A stretch of DNA of 64,000 bases from the NCBI GenBank assembly GCA_036170915.1, contig JAVHQC010000029.1, positions 128,001 through 192,000 of the forward strand. The letters run 5' to 3'. The translations under genes and the position numbers were made by a program. The stretch is from Cyanobacteria bacterium auto_48_18 (GTDB lineage Bacteria > Cyanobacteriota > Vampirovibrionia > Obscuribacterales > Obscuribacteraceae). Under the pieces are notes generated by a model. It was not told the DNA's origin, ran no database searches, and saw only the letters and a program-made list of their open reading frames with translations. The number at the start of each line of letters is the position of its first letter. The first letter of the stretch is position 1. Positions 37,476-46,880 of the stretch are shown here, piece after piece.

Positions 37476-37769
37476 ATGAACCGCAAAGACAATCATCAAG
37501 CCACAGACAATGGTCGCAATCGCGGCGACTACAAAACTGAAAAAGAAACTGAAGACGAGCTTAGAGCAAAGGGCACTCGCGCAAATAGCGGCGATGGCCA
37601 AGACGATGAGCAAGACGACGAACTAGATATCCAGTCAGATGATGGTCCAGCTGGAAACAACGAACGTGGTAACCAGAAGGGTTACGGCAAAAATCAAGGC
37701 AAACAGCCAGCCGACCGAGGCACCGGCCACGGGCCACAGGGTGTGCAACATGGCAGAGTACAGCCTTAA
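37476..37769 (+). CDS. Small very hydrophilic, probably disordered protein
   Basis: AGGAG SD before ATG 37476; G/D/N/Q/R-rich with almost no hydrophobic residues. Confidence 0.6.
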   Translation: MNRKDNHQATDNGRNRGDYKTEKETEDELRAKGTRANSGDGQDDEQDDELDIQSDDGPAGNNERGNQKGYGKNQGKQPADRGTGHGPQGVQHGRVQP

Positions 37770-37791
37770 AGCGCGACGCTAGCGAGTCTAA

Positions 37792-38286
37792 CTAGCGAAC
37801 TCTCGTATACCGACGTCTTTGCGGCAACTGGCGCCCACGATTTGGACATTCGATGTCGTGACCGGAAAAGTAATATTTCCCGGTATTGCGCACAGGGACA
37901 GGCACAATATCTACATGTGGTCGCTCGCTGAGCGGCCCAGTTTGATTGCTTTGAGCGCCTAAAATGTTTTGTCTGAACTGAGTGCGAGTGATGGGTTCCG
38001 CTACCGGCACTTCAATCAAAGGTGCCACAGGGGCAACCACTTCCACAGCAGGCTTAGTTACTTCACTCGTGCCCATTTCGACGCGACTGTAGATATCCAA
38101 ATCGATGGATGGAATGACATTGAAGATCGGATTGAGATGCACAAACTCGCGAATCTTGATTTTCAAGATCGCCTTGAGGTGGTCCTCAAGTTTGTCTAAA
38201 GCGATTGGTAATTCGTCTGGTAAGAAGGACATGAGGAAAGACCTCATAAGGCATTGGTAATAGCAGTAAATCGCAGCGTAAGCCAC
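37792..38286 (-). CDS. Hypothetical protein
   Basis: ORF downstream of the sigma factor; start uncertain. Confidence 0.5.
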   Translation of the reverse strand: MAYAAIYCYYQCLMRSFLMSFLPDELPIALDKLEDHLKAILKIKIREFVHLNPIFNVIPSIDLDIYSRVEMGTSEVTKPAVEVVAPVAPLIEVPVAEPITRTQFRQNILGAQSNQTGPLSERPHVDIVPVPVRNTGKYYFSGHDIECPNRGRQLPQRRRYTRVR

Positions 38287-38392
38287 AAGTGGAGAATGTT
38301 AGCAGAGATTAACCGATTGTCAACAAGCTTGCTGCCAAAAAGATACGATTTAATCAAATTGGCTCAGAAAGCTGCTTAAGGCCGAGGTCGAA

Positions 38393-39301
38393 TCAGCGAT
38401 GTTCACTGGTGATTATCTCTTTGAGCCGCTTCAAACCGGTGTGAACCGCCCTGGATACACCCATTTCAGATAGACCCAATACATATGCTGTCTCTTTTTG
38501 AGAAAGGTCATAGAAGAAAACAAACTCAACAATTTGTCTTGTTCTGTCACCAAGTCTTTTAAGCGCTTGTGTGATCACTTCGCGATCTTCAGAAGCAACG
38601 AAATGATCCTGGCAGCGTCTGTCAGGCACCACATCACAAAGGGCGCGGCGATCATCTCTATCTTCTTCATCAGGACCTGAATCGAGAGATTCATAGTGAA
38701 TGCGCGCTTCCCACGATTGCTGCGCTTCCAAAATGTCCTCTACCGAAAATCCCGAATGCTGCGCCAGTTCAGCCACTGTAGGCCCGCGATCGAGAAGCTT
38801 AGTCAATTTTTCTTCTAGCTGACTGAGCTGTGAATTCATTTCTGTCAGGCGCCTGGGCACTTGTACTAATGAACAATGATCCCGCAGGTAATGCCTGATT
38901 TCTCCCCTGATATAACAAGTGGCCAAAGTGCGAAAACTGGCTGAGCGTGTGCGATGCGGGTCGTAGTATTTAATTGCTTTGAGCAAACCTATGGCGCCGA
39001 CCTGTACCAGGTCGTCGAAGCTGTCAGCTTGATACTGACTATATTTGCGGGCGATTTGCTTCACCAGCGTCATATGTGTGCGCACAAGCTCTTCAGCCTT
39101 AGGCAATCCGTTTGGCCCTGAGCCTTCCGCGAAGGCGACCACCGGTTTCATGCCCGAACGCGATATGCGTGGGCTTGCCTGCACCTGCACTTGCTCAGAT
39201 TCACCGATGCTTTCGCAATCTAATGCGACAGTACCGGCGAATGCATTGCATCCGCTCAACAAAACTTCACTGCTGCTGGGCAACTTATTTATCAAGGTCA
39301 A
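38393..39301 (-). CDS. RNA polymerase sigma factor, SigB/SigF/SigG family
   Basis: DDLVQVGAIGLLKAI, YIRGEIRHYLRD, VQVPRR, SQKETAYVLGLSEMGVSR. Confidence 0.92.
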   Translation of the reverse strand: MTLINKLPSSSEVLLSGCNAFAGTVALDCESIGESEQVQVQASPRISRSGMKPVVAFAEGSGPNGLPKAEELVRTHMTLVKQIARKYSQYQADSFDDLVQVGAIGLLKAIKYYDPHRTRSASFRTLATCYIRGEIRHYLRDHCSLVQVPRRLTEMNSQLSQLEEKLTKLLDRGPTVAELAQHSGFSVEDILEAQQSWEARIHYESLDSGPDEEDRDDRRALCDVVPDRRCQDHFVASEDREVITQALKRLGDRTRQIVEFVFFYDLSQKETAYVLGLSEMGVSRAVHTGLKRLKEIITSEHR

Positions 39302-39532
39302 CTCTCCCGCAATTTTTAACCAATTACGATTGACCCTGTGCCCTCACTCCTAGCCCGTTCTTCTTATAGCCCCACAGTTTTTGTTCCCCTGACAACCCTG
39401 GGTTAAACCGTGGAATAAACACGGCAGGCATCAAAATCACCAGGTCACTAAGAGGCGCAAGTGGCGCATCACTAGCTAAATTGGCGCTTTTGGCTACAAT
39501 TGCACTAGCAATGAGCAAGATAAATTCTCAAT

Positions 39533-41599
39533 ATGAATAAGGCCACCAAATCAATTACTCGACTCAGACTGCTCTGGGCAAAAGTGCCGGCTCAAAAGCA
39601 GCTGCTCGTTTTGGGTTTAGTTTGCATTGCCGCCTTAGTGACATTCACGGCCAGGTTCTGGTTGCAGCGGGCTCAAGAATCAATCAACGATTCTGTCGAA
39701 CAATTTGGTATGGGATTTGCTCAAGCTCTGGCTCGAGGCGGAGCTGAAGCGCTGACCAACTCGGGCAATTTAGAGAGTTTGCGTTATTACATTTTGACCC
39801 AGCGCGGCAAAATCAAAGCAATCGCATACGTCATATATGAAGATATGGCCGGCAATATTTTGCTTGATCCAAACTCGGCAAAAGATCTGAAAGACGTTTA
39901 TCCATATTACAAACTCTACAAAGAGAATCCAGAAAACTTTATTGTGCCGGGCCAAAAGGTTAGCCCCAAGGGCTATCGCGCCATCACTCACTTTGTTGTG
40001 CCCATGCGCAAAAACAACAAAGATCTGGGCCTTTGCTGGGTCGGCTTAGACAGTGAAGTATTTACGATTTTAGGCACACAACAAGAAACTACAAATTTCT
40101 TGATCAATATTTTCTGCCTTGTAGGTGCACTTGGTGCCCTTGGTGTATGGGCCAACTATGCCTTGATAAACGGCCCACTACGTACGCTATCGCAGGGTGC
40201 AAGCCAGATTGCCGCTGGACACTTTGGTCACTTAATTAAAGTGCAACGCGCCGGAAAAGAGATTGACCAGCTGGTCAACGCTTTTAATTACATGTCAAAT
40301 CGTTTGCAACTTTATGACAAACAAAATGTAGATAGCTTGATGGCTGAGCGCAACAAGTTCATTTCAGAACGCAACAAGTTAGAACTGGTGCTCATGTCTA
40401 TTGCCGACGGTGTCGTGGTTTGCGACCGCGACAACAAAGTGCAAATCGTTAACCGGGCCGCCACTGAAATTTTTGACAAAGACGCAACTGATCTGGTTGG
40501 TAAACCACTGGTGGTTTGCACGGAAGGCCCTGATCAACCACAAATCTGCCAGGTGGTGCAAGCCTTTACTGATACTGCCATCGCCCCTGGTGCCTTAGAA
40601 CCAATCGTTGAACAGATCAATTTAGGCGAACTGACAGTGCGTCTGCACATTGCTCCGATTATTCTCAACAAAGAATTTTTGGGCTCAGTAATGATTATGC
40701 AAGACAATACCAAGCAAGCCGAACTCGAAAAAATGAAAAACGAATTCATGAGCAATGTCAGCCATGAATTGCGCACACCAATTACTTCTATTAAAAGTTA
40801 TGTTGACACTCTTTGTAATCACGGCGAAAAACTTGAGCCCGAAATTCACCGCGAGTTTCTCGAGATTATCGACAAAGAAGCAGATCGTTTGATGCACCTG
40901 GTGAACGACGTTCTCGAGTTATCCAAATTTGAAGAAGCAGAGCGTGACATGGAAATGGTGCCCATGGATATTCATCGCGCCTGCGAATCTGCCATTCGCT
41001 CACTGAACCTCATGGCGCGCGAACGCGGCATTGAGCTTGAATTGCAGCCCTATGCAAATATTCCCCTCGCCATTATTAATCAAGAATCGATTGAGAGAGT
41101 AATCATCAATTTACTCACCAATGGCATCAAGTACACGCCCGAAGGCGGAAAAGTGGCCATTATCTTAGGCGTCACTGATACTGAAATTGCCGTACATATT
41201 AAAGACTCAGGCATTGGCATACCAGAAGACGCACTGGAGCATATATTCGACCGCTTCTATCGCGTAGAGAAGAAGGTCCACACCATTAAGGGCACTGGAC
41301 TTGGCCTCACCATCGTCACTAAGATTTTAGAGAAGCACGAAGGTCGCATTACAGTAAGTTCATCTTTGGGCGAAGGCTCAACTTTCAGTTTCTTCATTCC
41401 CTTTTATATTGATCCGGCCTTGAAACTTTCGTCGCGTCAAACCGATAGCGGCAGCGATATACCTGATCTTGCCGACGTCACAGCTGCTTCTGAACGCAAT
41501 TCTGAGCGCAACGGCGATGCCAATGGGTCAGGGAAAAAGTCTAATAATGGCAAAACGGCCGAAATCGAGAACCAGTCATCAACCGAAGCGCTCAGCTAA
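39533..41599 (+). CDS. nblS: NblS/Hik33-like sensor histidine kinase (2TM-HAMP-PAS-HisKA-HATPase)
   Basis: ERNKLELVLMSIADG, SNVSHELRTP, INLLTNGIKYT, FDRFYRVEKKVHTIKGTGLGL. Confidence 0.8.
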   Translation: MNKATKSITRLRLLWAKVPAQKQLLVLGLVCIAALVTFTARFWLQRAQESINDSVEQFGMGFAQALARGGAEALTNSGNLESLRYYILTQRGKIKAIAYVIYEDMAGNILLDPNSAKDLKDVYPYYKLYKENPENFIVPGQKVSPKGYRAITHFVVPMRKNNKDLGLCWVGLDSEVFTILGTQQETTNFLINIFCLVGALGALGVWANYALINGPLRTLSQGASQIAAGHFGHLIKVQRAGKEIDQLVNAFNYMSNRLQLYDKQNVDSLMAERNKFISERNKLELVLMSIADGVVVCDRDNKVQIVNRAATEIFDKDATDLVGKPLVVCTEGPDQPQICQVVQAFTDTAIAPGALEPIVEQINLGELTVRLHIAPIILNKEFLGSVMIMQDNTKQAELEKMKNEFMSNVSHELRTPITSIKSYVDTLCNHGEKLEPEIHREFLEIIDKEADRLMHLVNDVLELSKFEEAERDMEMVPMDIHRACESAIRSLNLMARERGIELELQPYANIPLAIINQESIERVIINLLTNGIKYTPEGGKVAIILGVTDTEIAVHIKDSGIGIPEDALEHIFDRFYRVEKKVHTIKGTGLGLTIVTKILEKHEGRITVSSSLGEGSTFSFFIPFYIDPALKLSSRQTDSGSDIPDLADVTAASERNSERNGDANGSGKKSNNGKTAEIENQSSTEALS

Positions 41600-41819
41600 T
41601 CAAAAGAATTTTGGTATCGGCAGCCGGTATAGTTGTTACATATACCCCATAAATACAACAGGCCGTACAGTGGCTACCAGTGGTAGATCCACTGAACATT
41701 AGCAACTTATCCATTTACACAGTGGGTTTTCAAGGATGGTCGTGTTATTATCGTTCCGTTGACAAGGTCTCTATGGACTGGCGTCCGCGGGGCATCTATG
41801 AAAGGAGGATTGAGCAGTT

Positions 41820-42314
41820 TTGGTTAGAGCAATCTATCCAGGTTCGTTCGATCCATTAACCTTGGGCCACCTAGATATCGTTCAGCGAGCGAGTAAGCTC
41901 TTCGATGAAGTGATTATGGCGGTGGTGGGTAATCCAGGAAAATCTCCTCTATTACTAGTAGATGTACGTAAGAGACTGATTACAGAAGCGGTAAAAGACC
42001 TAAAGGGCGTCACGGTAGGAGAGTTTCAAGGGCTGACAGTAAATTATGCGAAAGAAAATGGCTCCACCATTCTCATTCGAGGCTTACGAGCTATCTCAGA
42101 TTTCGAAGCAGAACTGGGAATGGCTCAAGCTAATAAACAACTTCTTCCTGAACTAGAAACTATTTTTCTCATGACAAAAGCCGAGTATTCTTTTATCAGC
42201 TCCTCGACCGTAAAGGAAATCGCCCGCATGGGCGGAGACGTATCGCAATTCGTTCCACGTTCTGTGAATGATCACCTTAAAGAGCATTTCAGCAGGGGTA
42301 TCTACCAACAATGA
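41820..42314 (+). CDS. coaD: Pantetheine-phosphate adenylyltransferase
   Basis: YPGSFDPLTLGHLDI, IRGLRAISDFE, FISSSTVKE. Confidence 0.97.
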   Translation: MVRAIYPGSFDPLTLGHLDIVQRASKLFDEVIMAVVGNPGKSPLLLVDVRKRLITEAVKDLKGVTVGEFQGLTVNYAKENGSTILIRGLRAISDFEAELGMAQANKQLLPELETIFLMTKAEYSFISSSTVKEIARMGGDVSQFVPRSVNDHLKEHFSRGIYQQ

Positions 42315-43060
42315 CCATGATCACTGCACCGACAGCCCAGGCAGCCAACACCTTCAAGCAGACTACGATCTATAAGCACTTAGATTTGCTTGAGCATCTG
42401 ATTGACGATGCCGCCGGTGTCTACAAATTCAAATTCATCAATGCCGACGATTTCCTCGACGTGCTTGATAAAGCCAGAGCTCGCTTGCCCGAAGAGTTGC
42501 GTGAAGCAGCCGACGTGTTGCAACAAAGAGACGAAATTATTGCTGAGTCGCAACGGCGCTCAGAACAAATCATCACTACTGCTCGTCGCCAGGCAGAGAC
42601 CATGCTGCACGAGTCAGAATTGCTCAAAGCAGTGCAAGCTGAAGTTGAGCGCATTCGCAAACAAGTGGTGCAAGAAGTTGAACAGATGCGCCGCGAAGCA
42701 TTAGCTGAAGCCGAGCGCATCAGACTTGAAGCTGATGAAGACGCTGCCAAAATTCGTGAAGGCGCCGATCATTATGCAGAGCAAGTATTGACTCGCATGG
42801 AAACAGATCTGCAAGGTCTGGCCGTACGCGTTACCGAATCACAGCAAATTGTCAGAAACGGTCAGCGTCTGCTCGGTCAAGTAAAAAGACACGGCAGCTT
42901 GAGCCAACCTCTTGGACAACCAATGGGCGTTGGACCACAACTGACCACTCAGCAAATTGCTCAACAAATGATCAACGTTGCTCCACCTGCCGGCAGTGTT
43001 AACCAAGGCACCATGCCTAGCGGATTGACCAGCCCACTTCTGTCAGGTCGCTTCGAATAA
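42311..43060 (+). CDS. DivIVA-like coiled-coil cell division protein (Cdv3-like)
   Basis: ATGA overlap with coaD; LDKARARLPEELREA, GADHYAEQVL, IVRNGQ; coaD-cdv3 linkage is known in cyanobacteria. Confidence 0.75.
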   Translation: MTMITAPTAQAANTFKQTTIYKHLDLLEHLIDDAAGVYKFKFINADDFLDVLDKARARLPEELREAADVLQQRDEIIAESQRRSEQIITTARRQAETMLHESELLKAVQAEVERIRKQVVQEVEQMRREALAEAERIRLEADEDAAKIREGADHYAEQVLTRMETDLQGLAVRVTESQQIVRNGQRLLGQVKRHGSLSQPLGQPMGVGPQLTTQQIAQQMINVAPPAGSVNQGTMPSGLTSPLLSGRFE

Positions 43061-43081
43061 CAATTCGACAAATCAAAATTT

Positions 43082-43109
43082 AAAAAGAGGCAGCAATGCC
43101 TCTTTTTTT
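43082..43109. terminator. Bidirectional rho-independent terminator
   Basis: aaaaagaggca-gcaa-tgcctcttttt between convergent genes. Confidence 0.85.
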
Positions 43110-44325
43110 ATGGCTCCGCTTTTGGACTTACGCTTTCGGGCGTTCCCACCAGCGGTCTAGTCAGATCGATCTTGGCCGGGTTCGGCTTCATCGCTTTCAG
43201 TTCTGCTTCAAGCGCCGGGCGAGTTTTTTCGAAACCGGTATATACGATTGCGGTGACGGTACGAATCAGCTCATTAGCGCGACGATCATTGTGTGGTCTT
43301 TGCACTTGCATAGCCATAATGAGCTTGTGGCCATCAGGTGTTGTGATCACTCCGCAGTCGCCCACCATCGAACCAATGTCACCAGTTTTGTGAGCTAGTT
43401 TGGCACCAGGGGGAATGCCTTGATTAATCAGGGTGCGAGTCTTAGTACGGCCCATAATGTAACGCATACGGTTACGCCAGACGTCGCTCATGAGCTCGCC
43501 GCGCTCAACTCGTGCCAGTAGGTAAACCAGATCGTAAGGGCTGGTCTTATTGGTGCCGGCAAGATCGGCCAGTGGAGCATTAATGACTGTGTTCTTAAGG
43601 CCCCATTTTGCGAACTTTTTATTGACAGCTTTCTTGCCGCCAAGCAAATCGATAATCATATTGGTGGCAGTATTGTCAGAAATGATAATCATCAGTTCTG
43701 CCACATCAAGCAAAGGCAATTTGGTGCCCACCGGACGATACTGCAAGTGACCTGAACCACCAGCTATATGATCTTGCTTGATGCTCATCACCAGATTAGG
43801 ATCGACGTCACCATTGTCGATGGCATTCAATAGTGCCACCAACACAGGCACCTTGATCATGCTGGCAGCCGAATAAGAAGTCGAGCCCTGGTAGTCGAGG
43901 TAGGCACCAGTAGCAGGGTCAACAGCAAAAACGCCAGGAGTAAGCTTCTTCACCTGACAAACAAGGTTGACGCGCTCGCGGAGATTACTTAAGGGAGTGG
44001 TCAAAGCAAATGGTGCGGCCAGAGGAACTTCTATGTGGGCACCACCTGTAACACCTTCACAAGGTCCGGTCAGGGGTATTGCCAATGATTGACCGATGGT
44101 TAAAGCCATAGCTGCGGCCATGGCGCGCAGTAGTCTCTGCCCTGGTGGCAACTTACGTTTTTTCCGCACCACTCTTACTGAAATTGATTTCGTCGGTTTC
44201 TGTCTCAGCAGTGACACAAACGGCTTGAATTTAAACAAGCTGCTTGGCTTTGCAGTGGCTTTATTCTTGCCGGGTCTGGACAAACCAGGCGCGTCTTTAG
44301 TTTTCTCGGGGGCTTCTAGAGCCAT
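43108..44325 (-). CDS. Class A beta-lactamase-like serine hydrolase (PBP-A type)
   Basis: AASMIK (SxxK), SDN, HKTG. Confidence 0.9.
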   Translation of the reverse strand: MALEAPEKTKDAPGLSRPGKNKATAKPSSLFKFKPFVSLLRQKPTKSISVRVVRKKRKLPPGQRLLRAMAAAMALTIGQSLAIPLTGPCEGVTGGAHIEVPLAAPFALTTPLSNLRERVNLVCQVKKLTPGVFAVDPATGAYLDYQGSTSYSAASMIKVPVLVALLNAIDNGDVDPNLVMSIKQDHIAGGSGHLQYRPVGTKLPLLDVAELMIIISDNTATNMIIDLLGGKKAVNKKFAKWGLKNTVINAPLADLAGTNKTSPYDLVYLLARVERGELMSDVWRNRMRYIMGRTKTRTLINQGIPPGAKLAHKTGDIGSMVGDCGVITTPDGHKLIMAMQVQRPHNDRRANELIRTVTAIVYTGFEKTRPALEAELKAMKPNPAKIDLTRPLVGTPESVSPKAEP

Positions 44326-44516
44326 TCCTATAAGAACCCTTCGCGAAAATTATGCATGTAAAACTGCAGAGCAGTCAATATGCGGGACATATACTGGGCA
44401 TCATATCTGGTGTGAAACGTGTGATACCAGATGAGCCACCGCTATTCTAACTTAGCATAGCCGTAAGTCGAGTATCTGCAAGACCTCGGCACCAACTTTT
44501 AATGAAAGAAAAAAAT

Positions 44517-45041
44517 CTATTCTGGTTCAGATGCTTCTTCTTCGCAATATTTTTCCCATAAGCGTGGATAGACAGCCCTGAAATACGCTTTGTCTTCAAC
44601 GTCAAAGGGCTCGCCGTCTGGTGTCACCATGCTTTCTTCCCGAAAACGATCGTAGATGGCACCATCATTGTTGCGCTCTTCATAGACTTCGCAAGCGAGA
44701 AACAGAAACTCTTCGCAGTCGTCAATTTCTTCGGCATAGGCCAGCGAATCAGGCTCTGCCAGCGCTGCTTCATAAGTCTCTTTGCCTTTCATAATCAGGC
44801 CGGCGCGGAAATATTCAAAGCCATCATCCGCCAGCCCGCCGTTCATCACATGAGCGGCACCCCAGAGCTCCCAGCGATAAGCTCTATCCATCATATGATC
44901 CACCATCTCCTGAAAGGCGATGATGTCTTCGTCAGGCGAATTGTGCAGCAATTCCTTAAGCTTGGCAAGCTGTAACTCGCGGTCGCCATCGGCTTCTTCG
45001 ATGGATGTTGAAATAATGTACCAGAAGCCTTGCTCGTCCAT
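44517..45041 (-). CDS. DUF4240 domain protein
   Basis: MDEQGFWYII, AYRWELWGAA, GGLADDGFEYFRAGLI, ALAEPDSLA. Confidence 0.85.
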   Translation of the reverse strand: MDEQGFWYIISTSIEEADGDRELQLAKLKELLHNSPDEDIIAFQEMVDHMMDRAYRWELWGAAHVMNGGLADDGFEYFRAGLIMKGKETYEAALAEPDSLAYAEEIDDCEEFLFLACEVYEERNNDGAIYDRFREESMVTPDGEPFDVEDKAYFRAVYPRLWEKYCEEEASEPE

Positions 45042-45055
45042 TGAATACCTTCTAC

Positions 45056-45100
45056 TTATTGATCTCGGTGTTATTGATCTTAGTGTTACTGATCTGGGGT
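45056..45100. repeat. Three 15-bp tandem repeats containing GATC
   Basis: ttattgatctcggtg, ttattgatcttagtg, ttactgatctggggt. Confidence 0.75.
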
Positions 45101-46072
45101 TGCCTGATTGCGGGGATAAAACAAATAAAGCATCAGTAAAATTGCCGTAGCCAGACTAACAATATATTTTACCTGGGCACTGATGTCGGTGCGAGGAGAA
45201 ATAAATCCTTCAATTGAACCTGCCACCAAGAGCAGACCGATACAGCCGGCAAAGAGTTGCATCGCCGGTCTGGCCAGCAAGCGCAACGAATCAGCTCGAC
45301 TATTCTGGCCAGGAAAAAGCAGCGACTTAGCCAGTAAAAGCCCTCCGCCGCCGCTAATAAAGATGGCCGATAATTCTAAAACACCATGAGCGGCGATAAA
45401 GGCTAAAAGCTTATCAGCCATTCCATAATATTGACATACACCAAATACGGTGCCGATGTGCATGCCGTTACTAACAAGCACAAATACAGTGCCCAGGCCA
45501 AAAGTCATACCCAGAGCAAATGCAGCAATGGCCACACGAATGTTGTTGGTGGCAATTAAACTGGCAATGGCAGGGCTGTTATCTTGCACAGAATCGGTCC
45601 ACATGCGCTTGTGCTCAATCATGTGCCAGAGCTCGTCGGGCACCAGCGCTTGCCCCTTGGCCATTTCCATCTGACCAAAATGAACGTCGCGCCGCGCTTC
45701 TACATAGCAACCGATACCCGGCACAACACACAGCAGGAAAGCCACCAGCACATAGACAATATACTGTTGCACCAGGAGCGGAAAGCCGCGGCAAACAAAT
45801 CGCCACAAGCCTGCAAACCGGTCATCGTGAGTTTGGTAGACTTGGTTGTGCGCTTTCACCACGAGGTTATTTAGGTAGACCTGCACTTCAGAGCTCAATT
45901 TAAGAGCCCGTGCTCTTGATAAATCGGCTGAAGTGGCCCTGTACAAACGCCCCAGTTCTCTCAACTGCTGTCTGTCCAGACTTTTCAAACCTCGATTGTC
46001 GACGCGTTTGAGCAAATCCTCCAGCTGTTGCCATGACAACCTTTTTGTTTTGAGCCAGCGCTCTACATTCAT
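45086..46072 (-). CDS. SpoIIM (DUF95) family membrane protein
   Basis: LYRATSADLSRA, IATNNIRVA, HGVLELSAI, AGSIEGFISP. Confidence 0.9.
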   Translation of the reverse strand: MNVERWLKTKRLSWQQLEDLLKRVDNRGLKSLDRQQLRELGRLYRATSADLSRARALKLSSEVQVYLNNLVVKAHNQVYQTHDDRFAGLWRFVCRGFPLLVQQYIVYVLVAFLLCVVPGIGCYVEARRDVHFGQMEMAKGQALVPDELWHMIEHKRMWTDSVQDNSPAIASLIATNNIRVAIAAFALGMTFGLGTVFVLVSNGMHIGTVFGVCQYYGMADKLLAFIAAHGVLELSAIFISGGGGLLLAKSLLFPGQNSRADSLRLLARPAMQLFAGCIGLLLVAGSIEGFISPRTDISAQVKYIVSLATAILLMLYLFYPRNQATPDQ

Positions 46073-46106
46073 TCGATTCAGAAAACCTCAGGTACGCCGC
46101 CGACTT

Positions 46107-46871
46107 ATGCAACAGCCAGATTACTCTATCTCTACCCCTGAAAATGTGGACTTACACCTTGAAATAGCGGGGCTCGGCAACAGGCTATTGGCTCAGCTGG
46201 TAGATGGGCTGATAAGCATTGGCATGGCTTTGCTTATTATAATCGTGGCTCTGGCGCTGGCTCTTTTGATTAATGCCTTCCCCATGGCCAGCCAGAGCAA
46301 AAGCATCTGGTATGCCATTTTAGGCATGATTTCAGTATTTGTAATTTTCATTTTGGTCAACTGTTATTTCATTTTCTTTGAAGGCCTCTGGCAGGGTCAG
46401 ACCCCAGGCAAAAGGGTGGCGGAAATCAGAGTGATTGAAGCCAACGGCCAACCCATCGGTTGGGGTGGGGCTTTCATTCGCAACCTACTGCGCATGGTCG
46501 ACAACATTATGCTCGTCGGTCTCGTGATCATGCTTTTTGACAAAAATGAGCGCCGCCTGGGCGACATGGCTGCTGGAACCATTGTCATCCGCGAACGCAA
46601 AACTGATATTTCCACCACTCAACTGCTTTTAAGCGGCGCGCCGGGCACTAATTTGCTCGACATCGGCCGGGTCACACCTGCCGAATATGACCTGGTGGTT
46701 GATTTTCTCAAGCGCCGCAATTCGCTGGCCAAGTCTCATCGCCCTCTGGTGGCGCAGAAGCTGTCTAATTATTTCCACGAGAAACTCTCAGCACCAGCTG
46801 ATGCCGGGCTTGCTCCAGAAGCTTACATCGAGCAGGTCTATCATTCTTATCAAGCGCGAGCTAACGACTAA
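46107..46871 (+). CDS. RDD family membrane protein
   Basis: TPENV...AGLGNRLLAQLVD, GQTPGK, RNLLRMVD, RRLGDMAAGT; ATG at 46107; divergent partner of the SpoIIM gene. Confidence 0.9.
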   Translation: MQQPDYSISTPENVDLHLEIAGLGNRLLAQLVDGLISIGMALLIIIVALALALLINAFPMASQSKSIWYAILGMISVFVIFILVNCYFIFFEGLWQGQTPGKRVAEIRVIEANGQPIGWGGAFIRNLLRMVDNIMLVGLVIMLFDKNERRLGDMAAGTIVIRERKTDISTTQLLLSGAPGTNLLDIGRVTPAEYDLVVDFLKRRNSLAKSHRPLVAQKLSNYFHEKLSAPADAGLAPEAYIEQVYHSYQARAND

Positions 46872-46880
46872 TAATTGCTA

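Noticed and set aside
37428..37613. Minus-strand 61-aa hydrophobic ORF
   Set aside because: Antisense shadow of the plus-strand hydrophilic ORF, which has a clear SD
41600..41819. Riboswitch upstream of coaD
   Set aside because: Only short hairpins (CAGTGG/CCACTG, GGAC/GTCC); no recognisable aptamer or expression platform
43108..44325. Acquired antibiotic resistance beta-lactamase
   Set aside because: Long N-terminal extension and core-genome context fit the PBP-A-like family; no mobility features
45056..45100. oriC DNA-unwinding element (GATC 13-mer-like)
   Set aside because: No DnaA-box cluster, not especially AT-rich, and it overlaps a gene end
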